Positions 39,599-48,298 of a stretch of 64,000 bases of DNA are shown here, piece by piece. Under the pieces are notes generated by a model. The model was given only the letters and a program-made list of their open reading frames with translations. It made no database searches and was not told the origin of the DNA. Position 1 is the stretch's first letter. Each line of letters opens with the position of its first letter. Position numbers and translations under genes: made by a program. Origin of the DNA: an uncultured Gammaproteobacteria bacterium. Lineage in GTDB: Bacteria; Patescibacteriota; Patescibacteriia; UBA1558; S5-K13. Where the stretch lies: NCBI GenBank assembly GCA_964424195.1, contig CAYRHT010000003.1:14919-78918 (forward strand). Direction: 5' to 3'.

Positions 39599-40543
39599 AT
39601 GGATAAATTATTAAATAAGTTTTCAAACATTAAAGCAGACTATAGTCTAGCTCCTTTAACAACTTTTAAAATTGGTGGGCCAGCTAAATATTATTTAGAA
39701 ACTAAAGATATAGAAGAATTACAAGAAGTAATTAAATTTTGTAAAGAAAGTGATATTGATTTTAAAGTAATTGGTGGAGGTTCTAATTTTCTGGTTAATG
39801 ATTTAGGCTATAATGGTTTAATTATTAAATATATTAATCGAAATATAGATTTAATTGATGGAGTATTTAAAGTAGGAGCTGGAGTATTCCTATTAAACTT
39901 TGTGAATCAATCTTTAGAAAAGGGTTATGCTGGACAAGAAAGTTTAGCTGGTATTCCTGGAACAATTGGTGGAGCTATTTATGGTAATGCTGGAGCCTAT
40001 GGTATGTCTATTGGTGATGTTATAAAGTCTGTGAAGATTATAGATGAAGATGGGGATATTAAAATATTATCTGCAGAAGATTGTAACTTTAATTATCGGA
40101 AAAGTATTTTTAGTTCATATAACTGTATTATCCTAGATGCAGAAATAGTTTTGAAGCAGAAAGATAATCAAGAAGAAAAAGAGATTGCGAAAAAGAATAT
40201 TATGATTCGAGTAGAAAAGCATCCTTTAAATTTTCCTAACTCTGGTTCTTGGTTTAAAAATATAGTTTTAAATGATGAAGTTAAAGAGAAGTTAAATGAA
40301 TTTGACCTTTCTAAGTTTGAAAAGTACATGAAAATACCAGCTGCTTTTTTAATTGAAAAAGCTGGTTGCAAAGGTCATCAAATTGGTGGAGCTCAGATGT
40401 CAGAGAAACATGCTAATTTTTTAGTGAATAAAGATAATGCTCAATCAGAAGATATAGTTAATTTATCTAATCATGTTAAGAAAGTAATTAAAGAGAAATA
40501 TGATATTGAATTAGAAGAAGAAGTTCAGTATCTAGGATTTTAA
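39599..40543 (+). CDS. murB: UDP-N-acetylenolpyruvoylglucosamine reductase
   Basis: TTFKIGGPA, GGGSN, GIPGTIGGAIYGNAGAYG, KHANF. Confidence 0.95.
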   Translation: MDKLLNKFSNIKADYSLAPLTTFKIGGPAKYYLETKDIEELQEVIKFCKESDIDFKVIGGGSNFLVNDLGYNGLIIKYINRNIDLIDGVFKVGAGVFLLNFVNQSLEKGYAGQESLAGIPGTIGGAIYGNAGAYGMSIGDVIKSVKIIDEDGDIKILSAEDCNFNYRKSIFSSYNCIILDAEIVLKQKDNQEEKEIAKKNIMIRVEKHPLNFPNSGSWFKNIVLNDEVKEKLNEFDLSKFEKYMKIPAAFLIEKAGCKGHQIGGAQMSEKHANFLVNKDNAQSEDIVNLSNHVKKVIKEKYDIELEEEVQYLGF

Positions 40544-40606
40544 TTTGTTTTAAATATTTTGGAAAATAAAAAAGCCGTTCTCATCGAGACCGGATTTTTT
40601 AATTTT

Positions 40607-41782
40607 TTATGAAATTTTATAAAGAGAGTTCATTGTTTCTGACATTTCTTTAGTGTTTTTGAATATATAACTTTCTTCTATGTTTTCTCCAGTATTATGT
40701 CTTTTGATTACATCAGCAATGAACATAGGAATTTCGATAACTGTTGAGTTCTTTTTGAATTGAGTCTCTCTTTTATTAATTATAAATGGTCTAGTAGCTA
40801 TTAATACTATTTCTGTGATATGTTTATTCTCAGATATTTTCTTTTGAACATCTTGGTAAGATTTTCCACCCATAACACTGTGTGTGAAATTAGCAAATAG
40901 TCCTTCTAATTTTCCAAGATCATGATTAGTATCATTAAATAACCAATTTGTAGTTTTTAAGAATGTTCCTCCAGTATCTATAATATCATCAAATATTATT
41001 CCAATTTTTCCATCTAATGTTTCAGTACCAATTAATTCTGGATTATCAATTATTACTTTATCTGGATGATTTGGTTCTTTTCTAAGTTTATTTAAGAGAA
41101 GTATTGATGAATTTGGGAGGAACATTTGTTCTCTAACTTTTTCTACAAAAGCTTTAGCTCCAGCATCAGGGGAAATAAATACTATATTTTCACCTTTATT
41201 TTTAATTATTAGTGATGATTTAGTTAATAAATAATGAGCATACAAACTTGTCGGCTGGATGTTAAATATACGTTTTTTGTTATTTTCACTTAAATCATTA
41301 TGATATTTTGTGACTCTTTTATTATGTAAGTGAATTGTTATAACCTCATCTACACCAGCTGTTTTTAATAATTCAGCATATAGTTTAGCTGTATTAGCCT
41401 CACCTAGCATTTTAGGATCTTCATCTACGCTTCTGTCTTGTCGTGAATAACTTAAATCTAATGCAACTAGAATAACTTTTTCAGCTCCATTTTCCTTAGC
41501 CGCTCTAATAGTAATACAGTTTCTCATAGCTCTATCCTGAGGATTTTGAAATGGTCCTTCTGTTGATATTAAATATACTGTTTTTTCTTTAAGATTTTTA
41601 GCTTGACCTTCAAATATGAATTTTGGATTAAATTCTCCACCACTCATGATTTTAGGCATCATAATATTTAGTACATCTTGATCTTGTTCAAAAGACTTTG
41701 CTATTTCTTGAGCAAATTTTTTGTGAGTTTTGGAATTGGTAATGATTACAATATTTTTCATAATTTCAGCTTTATTAATCAT
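40607..41782 (-). CDS. prs: Ribose-phosphate pyrophosphokinase (divergent)
   Basis: YSRQDR, IHLH, SPDAGA, DDIIDTGGT. Confidence 0.85.
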   Translation of the reverse strand: MINKAEIMKNIVIITNSKTHKKFAQEIAKSFEQDQDVLNIMMPKIMSGGEFNPKFIFEGQAKNLKEKTVYLISTEGPFQNPQDRAMRNCITIRAAKENGAEKVILVALDLSYSRQDRSVDEDPKMLGEANTAKLYAELLKTAGVDEVITIHLHNKRVTKYHNDLSENNKKRIFNIQPTSLYAHYLLTKSSLIIKNKGENIVFISPDAGAKAFVEKVREQMFLPNSSILLLNKLRKEPNHPDKVIIDNPELIGTETLDGKIGIIFDDIIDTGGTFLKTTNWLFNDTNHDLGKLEGLFANFTHSVMGGKSYQDVQKKISENKHITEIVLIATRPFIINKRETQFKKNSTVIEIPMFIADVIKRHNTGENIEESYIFKNTKEMSETMNSLYKIS

Positions 41783-41870
41783 AAATCTATTTTACATTAT
41801 TTCTTACTTTTTCTCCAATTATTTAATTATGTAAAATAAAAAGCCGTTCTTTCATGGAACGGCTTGATGT

Positions 41871-42347
41871 TTATTGAATCTTAGATTTTTTTTCAATGTT
41901 TGGAAAGAATTCTTCGAAAAGAACATAACTTTTCTTGTTAATAGATATTAAAACTAAAACAAATTTTTGTTTTTCATCTTTCGTTAATTCAGAAATATCT
42001 AGATGAGAAAGGTAGAGAGAATCATTTTTTTCAATTTCTAATTTTTGTTCAATATCCATATTTTCAATAAAAGCGTCTTTTTCATTAACTTTTATCATTT
42101 TCATTTTAAAAGGTTTTTGGCAAACATATGGTCCTATCTTTGGAGCATTCTTAGTTTCAACTGACTGAAAGTTTAGATAGGCTATTTTTTGTATGATATA
42201 TTGTCTTATTTTTTCTTGACAGGCTTCGCAGGTGATATTTTTGACAATCAATATCTCTGAATCTTGAATCTCTTTTTTTGATAATATTCGAAAACCAATT
42301 AAAGAATGACACCTTAGACACGTAGTAACTTCTATCTGTTTTTTCAT
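41871..42347 (-). CDS. Hypothetical protein with two CxxC motifs
   Basis: CLRC and CEAC; GGGAGG SD; own promoter and terminator. Confidence 0.6.
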   Translation of the reverse strand: MKKQIEVTTCLRCHSLIGFRILSKKEIQDSEILIVKNITCEACQEKIRQYIIQKIAYLNFQSVETKNAPKIGPYVCQKPFKMKMIKVNEKDAFIENMDIEQKLEIEKNDSLYLSHLDISELTKDEKQKFVLVLISINKKSYVLFEEFFPNIEKKSKIQ

Positions 42348-42516
42348 AATTTTAACCCTCCCAAGTTTTATTTATTATGAATATTTTTCACTTTCCTCCA
42401 ACTATTTAATTGTAAAGTTTCTTCTTCTTGTCTCTAATGTAGCTTATTAGAAATATTTGTCAAATGGATATTTTATGTTAGTATTAATTTAGTTAATCAT
42501 TAATTAAAAAAAAGAA

Positions 42517-42822
42517 ATGAATATTCAATTCTATGCTAAGAATTTAGAATTAACAGCGCAAATTAAAGATTATATTAATGAAAAAATCGGGGGATTAGAC
42601 AAGTATGAAGCGGATATTACTGAATGTCGAGTAGATTTATCAAAAGATACTCATCATCACAAAGGAAAAGTATATCGACTTGAAGTAAATTTAAAATCAA
42701 GCTATGATAGGAACTTAATTAGAACTACAGTAGAAGCTGAAAATATTATGTCTGCTATTGATTTAGCTAAAGATAAATTACAAAGACAAATTGTAAAAAT
42801 TAAAGAAAGAAAAAATAGATAA
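42517..42822 (+). CDS. hpf: Ribosome hibernation factor HPF/RaiA (short form)
   Basis: KNLELTAQIKDYINEKI...AIDLAKDKLQRQI; upstream of secA. Confidence 0.88.
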   Translation: MNIQFYAKNLELTAQIKDYINEKIGGLDKYEADITECRVDLSKDTHHHKGKVYRLEVNLKSSYDRNLIRTTVEAENIMSAIDLAKDKLQRQIVKIKERKNR

Positions 42823-45609
42823 ATGGGTTTATTCACAAAATTTATTAAAGATCCAAATGAAAAGTATTTGGCTACTTTGCAACCAATTGTTGATCAAATT
42901 AATTCCTTAGAATCAAATTACAAGAAATTAACTCAAGATGAATTAATTGCTCAAACTAAAAAGTTTCAAGAGGATTTAAGAACTAAAAAAACAACTCTGG
43001 ATGATATTCTTCCAGAGGCTTTTGCTATGGTCAGAGAAGTTGCTCAAAGAACTTTAAAACAAAGACATTATGATGTTCAGCTATTATCTGGAATTATTTT
43101 ACATCAAGGAAGAATTGCTGAAATGAGAACTGGTGAAGGTAAAACTCTTTCATCTACTTTGCCAATCTATCTCAATGCTTTAACTGGTAAAGGTGTTCAT
43201 TTAATTACCGTAAATGATTATTTGTCTAAAAGAGATGCAGTTTGGATGGGACAAATATATACTTATTTAGGTTTAACAGTTGCAGCTATAGAGCATGAAG
43301 CTTCATATCTCTATGATGATTCAAATATTGAGAAAACTGAGGGAGTTGTTGATAATGTTGGTGTGGAAGATGATTATTTACGAACTGTTACTCGCCAAGA
43401 AGCATATAATGCTGATATTACCTATGGTACTAACAATGAATATGGTTTTGATTATCTGCGAGATAATATGCAACAATCCTTAGAAGCTATTAGTCAAAGG
43501 GGACATCATTTTTGTATTATTGATGAAGTTGATTCAGTCTTAATTGATGAAGCTCGAACCCCTTTAATTATTTCTTCTCCAGACGCAGAGTCTACTGATA
43601 AATATCAAACTTTTGCTCAAACAGTAAAAGGACTTAAAGAAAACAAAGATTACAATATTGATGAAAAGATGAGATCAGTGACTTTTACCGAAGATGGTCA
43701 AAACCTTATCTCTCAAAAGCTAGGAGAAGATCCTTGGGAGAAAGCAGATTTTAATACTATTTTTCATTTAGAAGCAGCTTTAAAAGCAGACCTATTATTT
43801 AAAAAAGACAAAGACTATATCGTTAAAGAAGGTGAAGTAACTATTGTTGATGAATTTACTGGTCGTTTAATGCCGGGCCGAAGATATTCCGAAGGTTTAC
43901 ATCAAGCTATTGAAGCTAAAGAAGGAGTTAGTGTTCAAAGAGAGAGTTTAACTCTGGCAACGGTCACTTTTCAAAACTATTTTAGAATGTATGAGAAATT
44001 AGCAGGAATGACTGGAACTGCTGCTACTGAATCAGAAGAGTTTGCTAAGATCTATGGTTTAGAAGTTAATATTGTCCCTACTAATCGACCAATAGCTCGA
44101 GAAGATTTAAATGACAAGATTTACAAGTCTGAAAAAGGTAAATTTGATGCTATTGTTCAAGATGTTAAAGAAAAGCATGCCAAAGGACAACCAGTTTTAA
44201 TTGGCACTATCTCTATAGACAAGAATGAACTTTTAGGAGAACTTTTAAAACGAGAAGGTATTCCGTTTAATCTATTAAATGCTAAACAACATGAGCAAGA
44301 AGCTGAAATTATTTCTCAGGCTGGTAAAGTTGGAGCAGTAACTGTAGCTACTAATATGGCTGGTCGAGGAGTTGATATTATTTTAGGTGGACATCCTTTT
44401 AGTAAAGAAGAGAATCAAAAAGTTAAAGATTTAGGTGGTTTACATGTTCTAGGAACATCACGGCATGAATCTCGAAGAATTGATAATCAGTTAAGAGGAC
44501 GTTCTGGTCGACAAGGTGATCCAGGTTCTTCCCAATTCTATATCTCCATGGAAGATGATCTAATGCGAGTATTTGGATCTGATAGGATAAAATCTATCAT
44601 GAATACTTTAGGTCTTCCCGAAGATATGCCAATTGAGAATAAGTTAATTACTAAGTCAGTAGAAAAATCTCAAGTTCGAGTGGAAGGATATAATTTTGAT
44701 ATGCGAAAGCATTTAGTTGAATATGATGATATTGTAAACAAACAAAGAGAAGTAATCTATCAGAAGCGTAAAGATATTTTGAAATTAGCATCTGGAGAAA
44801 AGATAGAGGAATATGATAATTTAACAGATTATGTCTTAGAATTAATAAATAATGAGATATCAGAAGTAATTTCATTTCATACAGCTTCAGAGAGTGGGAC
44901 AGTTTGGAATATAAAAGAGATTATTGAAACTATTCGAACCATGTTTCCTTTGTCAGATGAAGAGATTAAGAAAGCAGAGGAGTTTAAAGAAGCTAAAAAA
45001 GGAGTTAAATTATCTGAAGCAGAGACTAGAACTAAGATTATTGAATACTTCTTTAATATAGCTCAGGGAAAATACAAAGAATTAGAAGAGAGATTAAAGT
45101 CAATTCAAGAGTTAAATACTGGTGAGAATATTATTAATCAAGTTGAAAAGACTGTCTTGTTAAAAACAATTGATAACCTTTGGATTGAGCATTTAGATAA
45201 TATTAGTCATCTCAGAGCTGGTATTGGTCTAAGAGCCTATGCTCAAGCTGATCCTTTAGTAGTTTACAAGAAAGAATCATATGATTTGTTTGTAGAACTA
45301 TTGAATAGTATTCAGAATCAAGTTGTGTATAGTATTTACAAAGTTGGTCCAGTTGCAGGAGCTGTTACTAGTCCTCAAAGAAATGTAGTTACTAATGATC
45401 CTACTCAAGTCCTTGCTAAGCAATTTGGAAATACTTCTGGAGATTTTGTTTCTAAGAGTATGGCTGAAGCTGCTAATACTGATAGTCATCAGAAAACTAC
45501 CTTAAAGAATGAAGAAACTCAGAAATTTGGGCATAAAGTTGGTAGAAATGATCTTTGTCCTTGTGGTAGCGGTAAGAAATATAAAAAGTGTTGTGAGAAT
45601 AAAGAATAA
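42823..45609 (+). CDS. secA: Preprotein translocase SecA
   Basis: MRTGEGKT, DEVDS, NQLRGRSGRQGDPG, C-terminal CPCGSGKKYKKCC. Confidence 0.98.
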   Translation: MGLFTKFIKDPNEKYLATLQPIVDQINSLESNYKKLTQDELIAQTKKFQEDLRTKKTTLDDILPEAFAMVREVAQRTLKQRHYDVQLLSGIILHQGRIAEMRTGEGKTLSSTLPIYLNALTGKGVHLITVNDYLSKRDAVWMGQIYTYLGLTVAAIEHEASYLYDDSNIEKTEGVVDNVGVEDDYLRTVTRQEAYNADITYGTNNEYGFDYLRDNMQQSLEAISQRGHHFCIIDEVDSVLIDEARTPLIISSPDAESTDKYQTFAQTVKGLKENKDYNIDEKMRSVTFTEDGQNLISQKLGEDPWEKADFNTIFHLEAALKADLLFKKDKDYIVKEGEVTIVDEFTGRLMPGRRYSEGLHQAIEAKEGVSVQRESLTLATVTFQNYFRMYEKLAGMTGTAATESEEFAKIYGLEVNIVPTNRPIAREDLNDKIYKSEKGKFDAIVQDVKEKHAKGQPVLIGTISIDKNELLGELLKREGIPFNLLNAKQHEQEAEIISQAGKVGAVTVATNMAGRGVDIILGGHPFSKEENQKVKDLGGLHVLGTSRHESRRIDNQLRGRSGRQGDPGSSQFYISMEDDLMRVFGSDRIKSIMNTLGLPEDMPIENKLITKSVEKSQVRVEGYNFDMRKHLVEYDDIVNKQREVIYQKRKDILKLASGEKIEEYDNLTDYVLELINNEISEVISFHTASESGTVWNIKEIIETIRTMFPLSDEEIKKAEEFKEAKKGVKLSEAETRTKIIEYFFNIAQGKYKELEERLKSIQELNTGENIINQVEKTVLLKTIDNLWIEHLDNISHLRAGIGLRAYAQADPLVVYKKESYDLFVELLNSIQNQVVYSIYKVGPVAGAVTSPQRNVVTNDPTQVLAKQFGNTSGDFVSKSMAEAANTDSHQKTTLKNEETQKFGHKVGRNDLCPCGSGKKYKKCCENKE

Positions 45610-45641
45610 ATAAGATATTAAAATTATATAGAGGGGGAGCT

Positions 45642-45956
45642 ATGAAGCAGAGAATACTTATATTAATAATACTTTCATTTGCATCTATTTTTATTTGTAG
45701 TGGAAGTAATGACGGTACTGTGGTTTTGTTTAAAAACAAAGCAAAGAAGCTTAATAATTTAAGATGGGAGTATCGCGGACTTAATGCTAATGTTTATATT
45801 GTAATAGTTACACATAGGAATCCTAAATTAAAAGCTAAGGGAGAAATTATTCCTTTTAATGATGATTCAAAAATCATTACTTTTGAAGGGGTAAAATACG
45901 AAATAGAGGATTTTGATGAGAATTGTTTAAAACTCAGAGAAGAAGTAATAAATTAA
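45642..45956 (+). CDS. Small secreted hypothetical protein
   Basis: Signal-like N-terminus, GGGGGAG SD, terminator after. Confidence 0.6.
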   Translation: MKQRILILIILSFASIFICSGSNDGTVVLFKNKAKKLNNLRWEYRGLNANVYIVIVTHRNPKLKAKGEIIPFNDDSKIITFEGVKYEIEDFDENCLKLREEVIN

Positions 45957-46125
45957 TAATACATAAGGGCTACATAGTAGTCCTTTTTTCATTGACATTT
46001 TTCTTAATGTATGGTATATTTAAATATCATTACAAATAAAGAATAACATGTAGTGATTCACGTTTATTTAGGGTCTTCCATCCTAGATAAACTTATAGAC
46101 CTGCAACGGGTCAAAAGGAGGAATA

Positions 46126-46584
46126 ATGGAAAATATGGATTTTGGTACAAGTAAAAGGGCAGCTATTAAATTTTTAAGGGATCTTCTTAATGAGAATTTA
46201 GATTCTCTTCGTGAAACAGTGGAAGAAGATGAAAGAGAAGATTTTTTAAAGACTCCAGAATGGAAAGATTTTACTTGGTTTTATAAGATGAAGTGTGGAA
46301 AAATAATCGAAGGAGAAACTAAACTATTTCAAGCTTCTTGGTATCAAAAACTTAGTCGTAAAATTTCTTTTTACGGTTACAACTATGGTAAGAGTAAAGG
46401 TCTATTAGCAGAAGTTTGGCTGATAGGTTCCAAATCTATGAGTTGTACTAAGGGTCATCCGACTTTTTGGAAAGTAGCAAAAGTTGGATATCGTCTTTAT
46501 TATAATGGTACTCAAACGGTTACTGGACCTAATTGGCAAGAATGTACTTTTACTGAAGAACAGTCTAGAATAACTATGATTTAA
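46126..46584 (+). CDS. Hypothetical protein (cassette)
   Basis: Own TTGACA promoter, AGGAGG SD, terminator CCGATGGAAT/ATTTCATCGG. Confidence 0.65.
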   Translation: MENMDFGTSKRAAIKFLRDLLNENLDSLRETVEEDEREDFLKTPEWKDFTWFYKMKCGKIIEGETKLFQASWYQKLSRKISFYGYNYGKSKGLLAEVWLIGSKSMSCTKGHPTFWKVAKVGYRLYYNGTQTVTGPNWQECTFTEEQSRITMI

Positions 46585-46677
46585 TTATTGTAGTTACAAA
46601 TATTAACCCCGATGGAATTTATTTCATCGGGTATTTTTATTGACAAAATAATTAATTCTGTTATTATTATATATAAG

Positions 46678-46782
46678 TTTTCCACAGACTGTAGGTGCTT
46701 CGTTAAAGGAGCTTAATTACCTACTTAGGAAGAAAAGAAAGAATTTATTCTTTTTAGATTTTCTGTGGGAACACAGATTTTT
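46678..46782 (+). promoter_or_regulatory. L10 leader (ribosomal protein autoregulatory RNA)
   Basis: AGACTGTAGGTG...CTTAA..CCTAC pattern with flanking TCCACAGA/TCTGTGGGA pairing, upstream of rplJ. Confidence 0.75.
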
Positions 46783-46801
46783 TTAATAATTATATAATTA
46801 T

Positions 46802-47320
46802 ATGGCTAAAAGCAAACAACAAAAGACAGAAGCCTTAGAAGCAGCAAAAAGCAAGTTTGATAGTTCAAAGCTTGTAGTTTTAGCTTCCTATAACGACTTA
46901 CCTGTTTCAGATATTCAAGAATTAAGAAAACAACTTAAAGAAAAAGATGTTTTTTACAAAGTTGTAAAAAAGACAATTTTAAAACTAGTAGCTAAAGATA
47001 ATATTGATGAAGCTTTGGTAGATGGAATTAGAGGTAATCTAGCTTTAGCCTATGGTCCTGATGAAGTAGAAGCAGCTAAAATTCTAGCTAAATTTGCTAA
47101 AGGTCATGAAGGTCTAGAATTACAAGCTGGTTGGTTAGAAAATGACTTCATTGATAAAGCTAAAGTAGAAGAGCTATCTAAATTACTAGGTAAAGAAGAA
47201 TTACTAGCTAAATTAGTAGGTTCTTTAAAGAGTCCTATTTCTGGATTTGTAAATGTTTTGGGTGGAAATACTCGAGGCTTGGTAACTGTATTAAAAGCTA
47301 TTGCTGATCAAAAGCAATAA
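46802..47320 (+). CDS. rplJ: 50S ribosomal protein L10
   Basis: ELRKQL...YKVVKKT...LLAKLVGSL; precedes rplL. Confidence 0.95.
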   Translation: MAKSKQQKTEALEAAKSKFDSSKLVVLASYNDLPVSDIQELRKQLKEKDVFYKVVKKTILKLVAKDNIDEALVDGIRGNLALAYGPDEVEAAKILAKFAKGHEGLELQAGWLENDFIDKAKVEELSKLLGKEELLAKLVGSLKSPISGFVNVLGGNTRGLVTVLKAIADQKQ

Positions 47321-47355
47321 TTTAAATATTTAATAAATAAATTAATCATAAATTT

Positions 47356-47823
47356 ATGACAGAAGAAAAAAAACCTACTGAGGAGAAGAAAGAAGAAGCT
47401 CTTAAAGTAGAAGAAAAAAAGGTTGAAGAAACAAAGGACGTTGAAGTTCCTGCAAAATTCAAATCTCTTGTTGAAGAAATTGAAAAAATGTCTGTATTAG
47501 ATCTTTCTGAATTAGTAAAGATTTTAGAAGACAAATTTGGTGTATCAGCTGCTGCTCCTATGATGATGGGTGCTATGCCTGCTGGTGAAGCTGGTGAAGC
47601 TGCAGAAGAGAAATCTTCATTTGATGTAGAAATCACAGCTACTGGTGATCAAAAAATTGCTGTTATTAAAGCAATTAGAAGCTTTACTGCATTAGGACTT
47701 AAAGAAGCTAAAGATTTAGCTGACGGAGCTCCTAGTATTGCTTTAGCTGGTGCTGACAAAGAAAAAGCTGAAGAAGCTAAAAAAGCATTAGAAGAAGCTG
47801 GTGCAACTGTTACTTTAAAATAA
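47356..47823 (+). CDS. rplL: 50S ribosomal protein L7/L12 with charged N-terminal extension
   Basis: SVLDLSELVKILEDKFGVSAAA, KIAVIKAIR, LGLKEAKDL. Confidence 0.96.
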   Translation: MTEEKKPTEEKKEEALKVEEKKVEETKDVEVPAKFKSLVEEIEKMSVLDLSELVKILEDKFGVSAAAPMMMGAMPAGEAGEAAEEKSSFDVEITATGDQKIAVIKAIRSFTALGLKEAKDLADGAPSIALAGADKEKAEEAKKALEEAGATVTLK

Positions 47824-47960
47824 TAGTTTCTTAGATATAGAAAAGCCCTGTTGCAAAGCAGGGTTTTTTGTTTATCTAATATTGCTTGACAATATTGTAT
47901 AAATATAATATATTTATACATTAAACTAAATAGTTTAAATATAAAAAATAGGAGGTCGTT

Positions 47961-48230
47961 ATGTTGTTAACAATTATATCTTTACTAGTAGTTGCATTTT
48001 TATCCTCAAAAATAGGATATTATTTCAGTACTAGTCGAACTAAGGTTTCACTTTATGGTACTATTTTGTTATTTGTTGCATGCACAGTTATTCATTATAT
48101 TGAAAAGGTGCTTAGTGTCTTGCATATAGATGTAAGTTCTAATGTGGGATTTTTAATTTTTATTTTATTTGAAATCATTTTCTTCTTTTTAGGAGTAATC
48201 TTATTTCTTAGAAAAAAGAAAAAGATGTAA
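47961..48230 (+). CDS. Small hypothetical membrane protein (cassette)
   Basis: Three TM helices, TTGACA promoter, AGGAGG SD, terminator. Confidence 0.65.
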   Translation: MLLTIISLLVVAFLSSKIGYYFSTSRTKVSLYGTILLFVACTVIHYIEKVLSVLHIDVSSNVGFLIFILFEIIFFFLGVILFLRKKKKM

Positions 48231-48298
48231 TTATCGTAAAATAAGAAAAGCCACTGATTTAATCGGTGGCTTCTTTTTTTATCTAAATTTTATTTAAT

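Noticed and set aside
47356-47450. Charged N-terminal extension of L7/L12 as a novelty
   Set aside because: To my knowledge such extensions are common in Patescibacteria L7/L12, so it was not counted as a finding.
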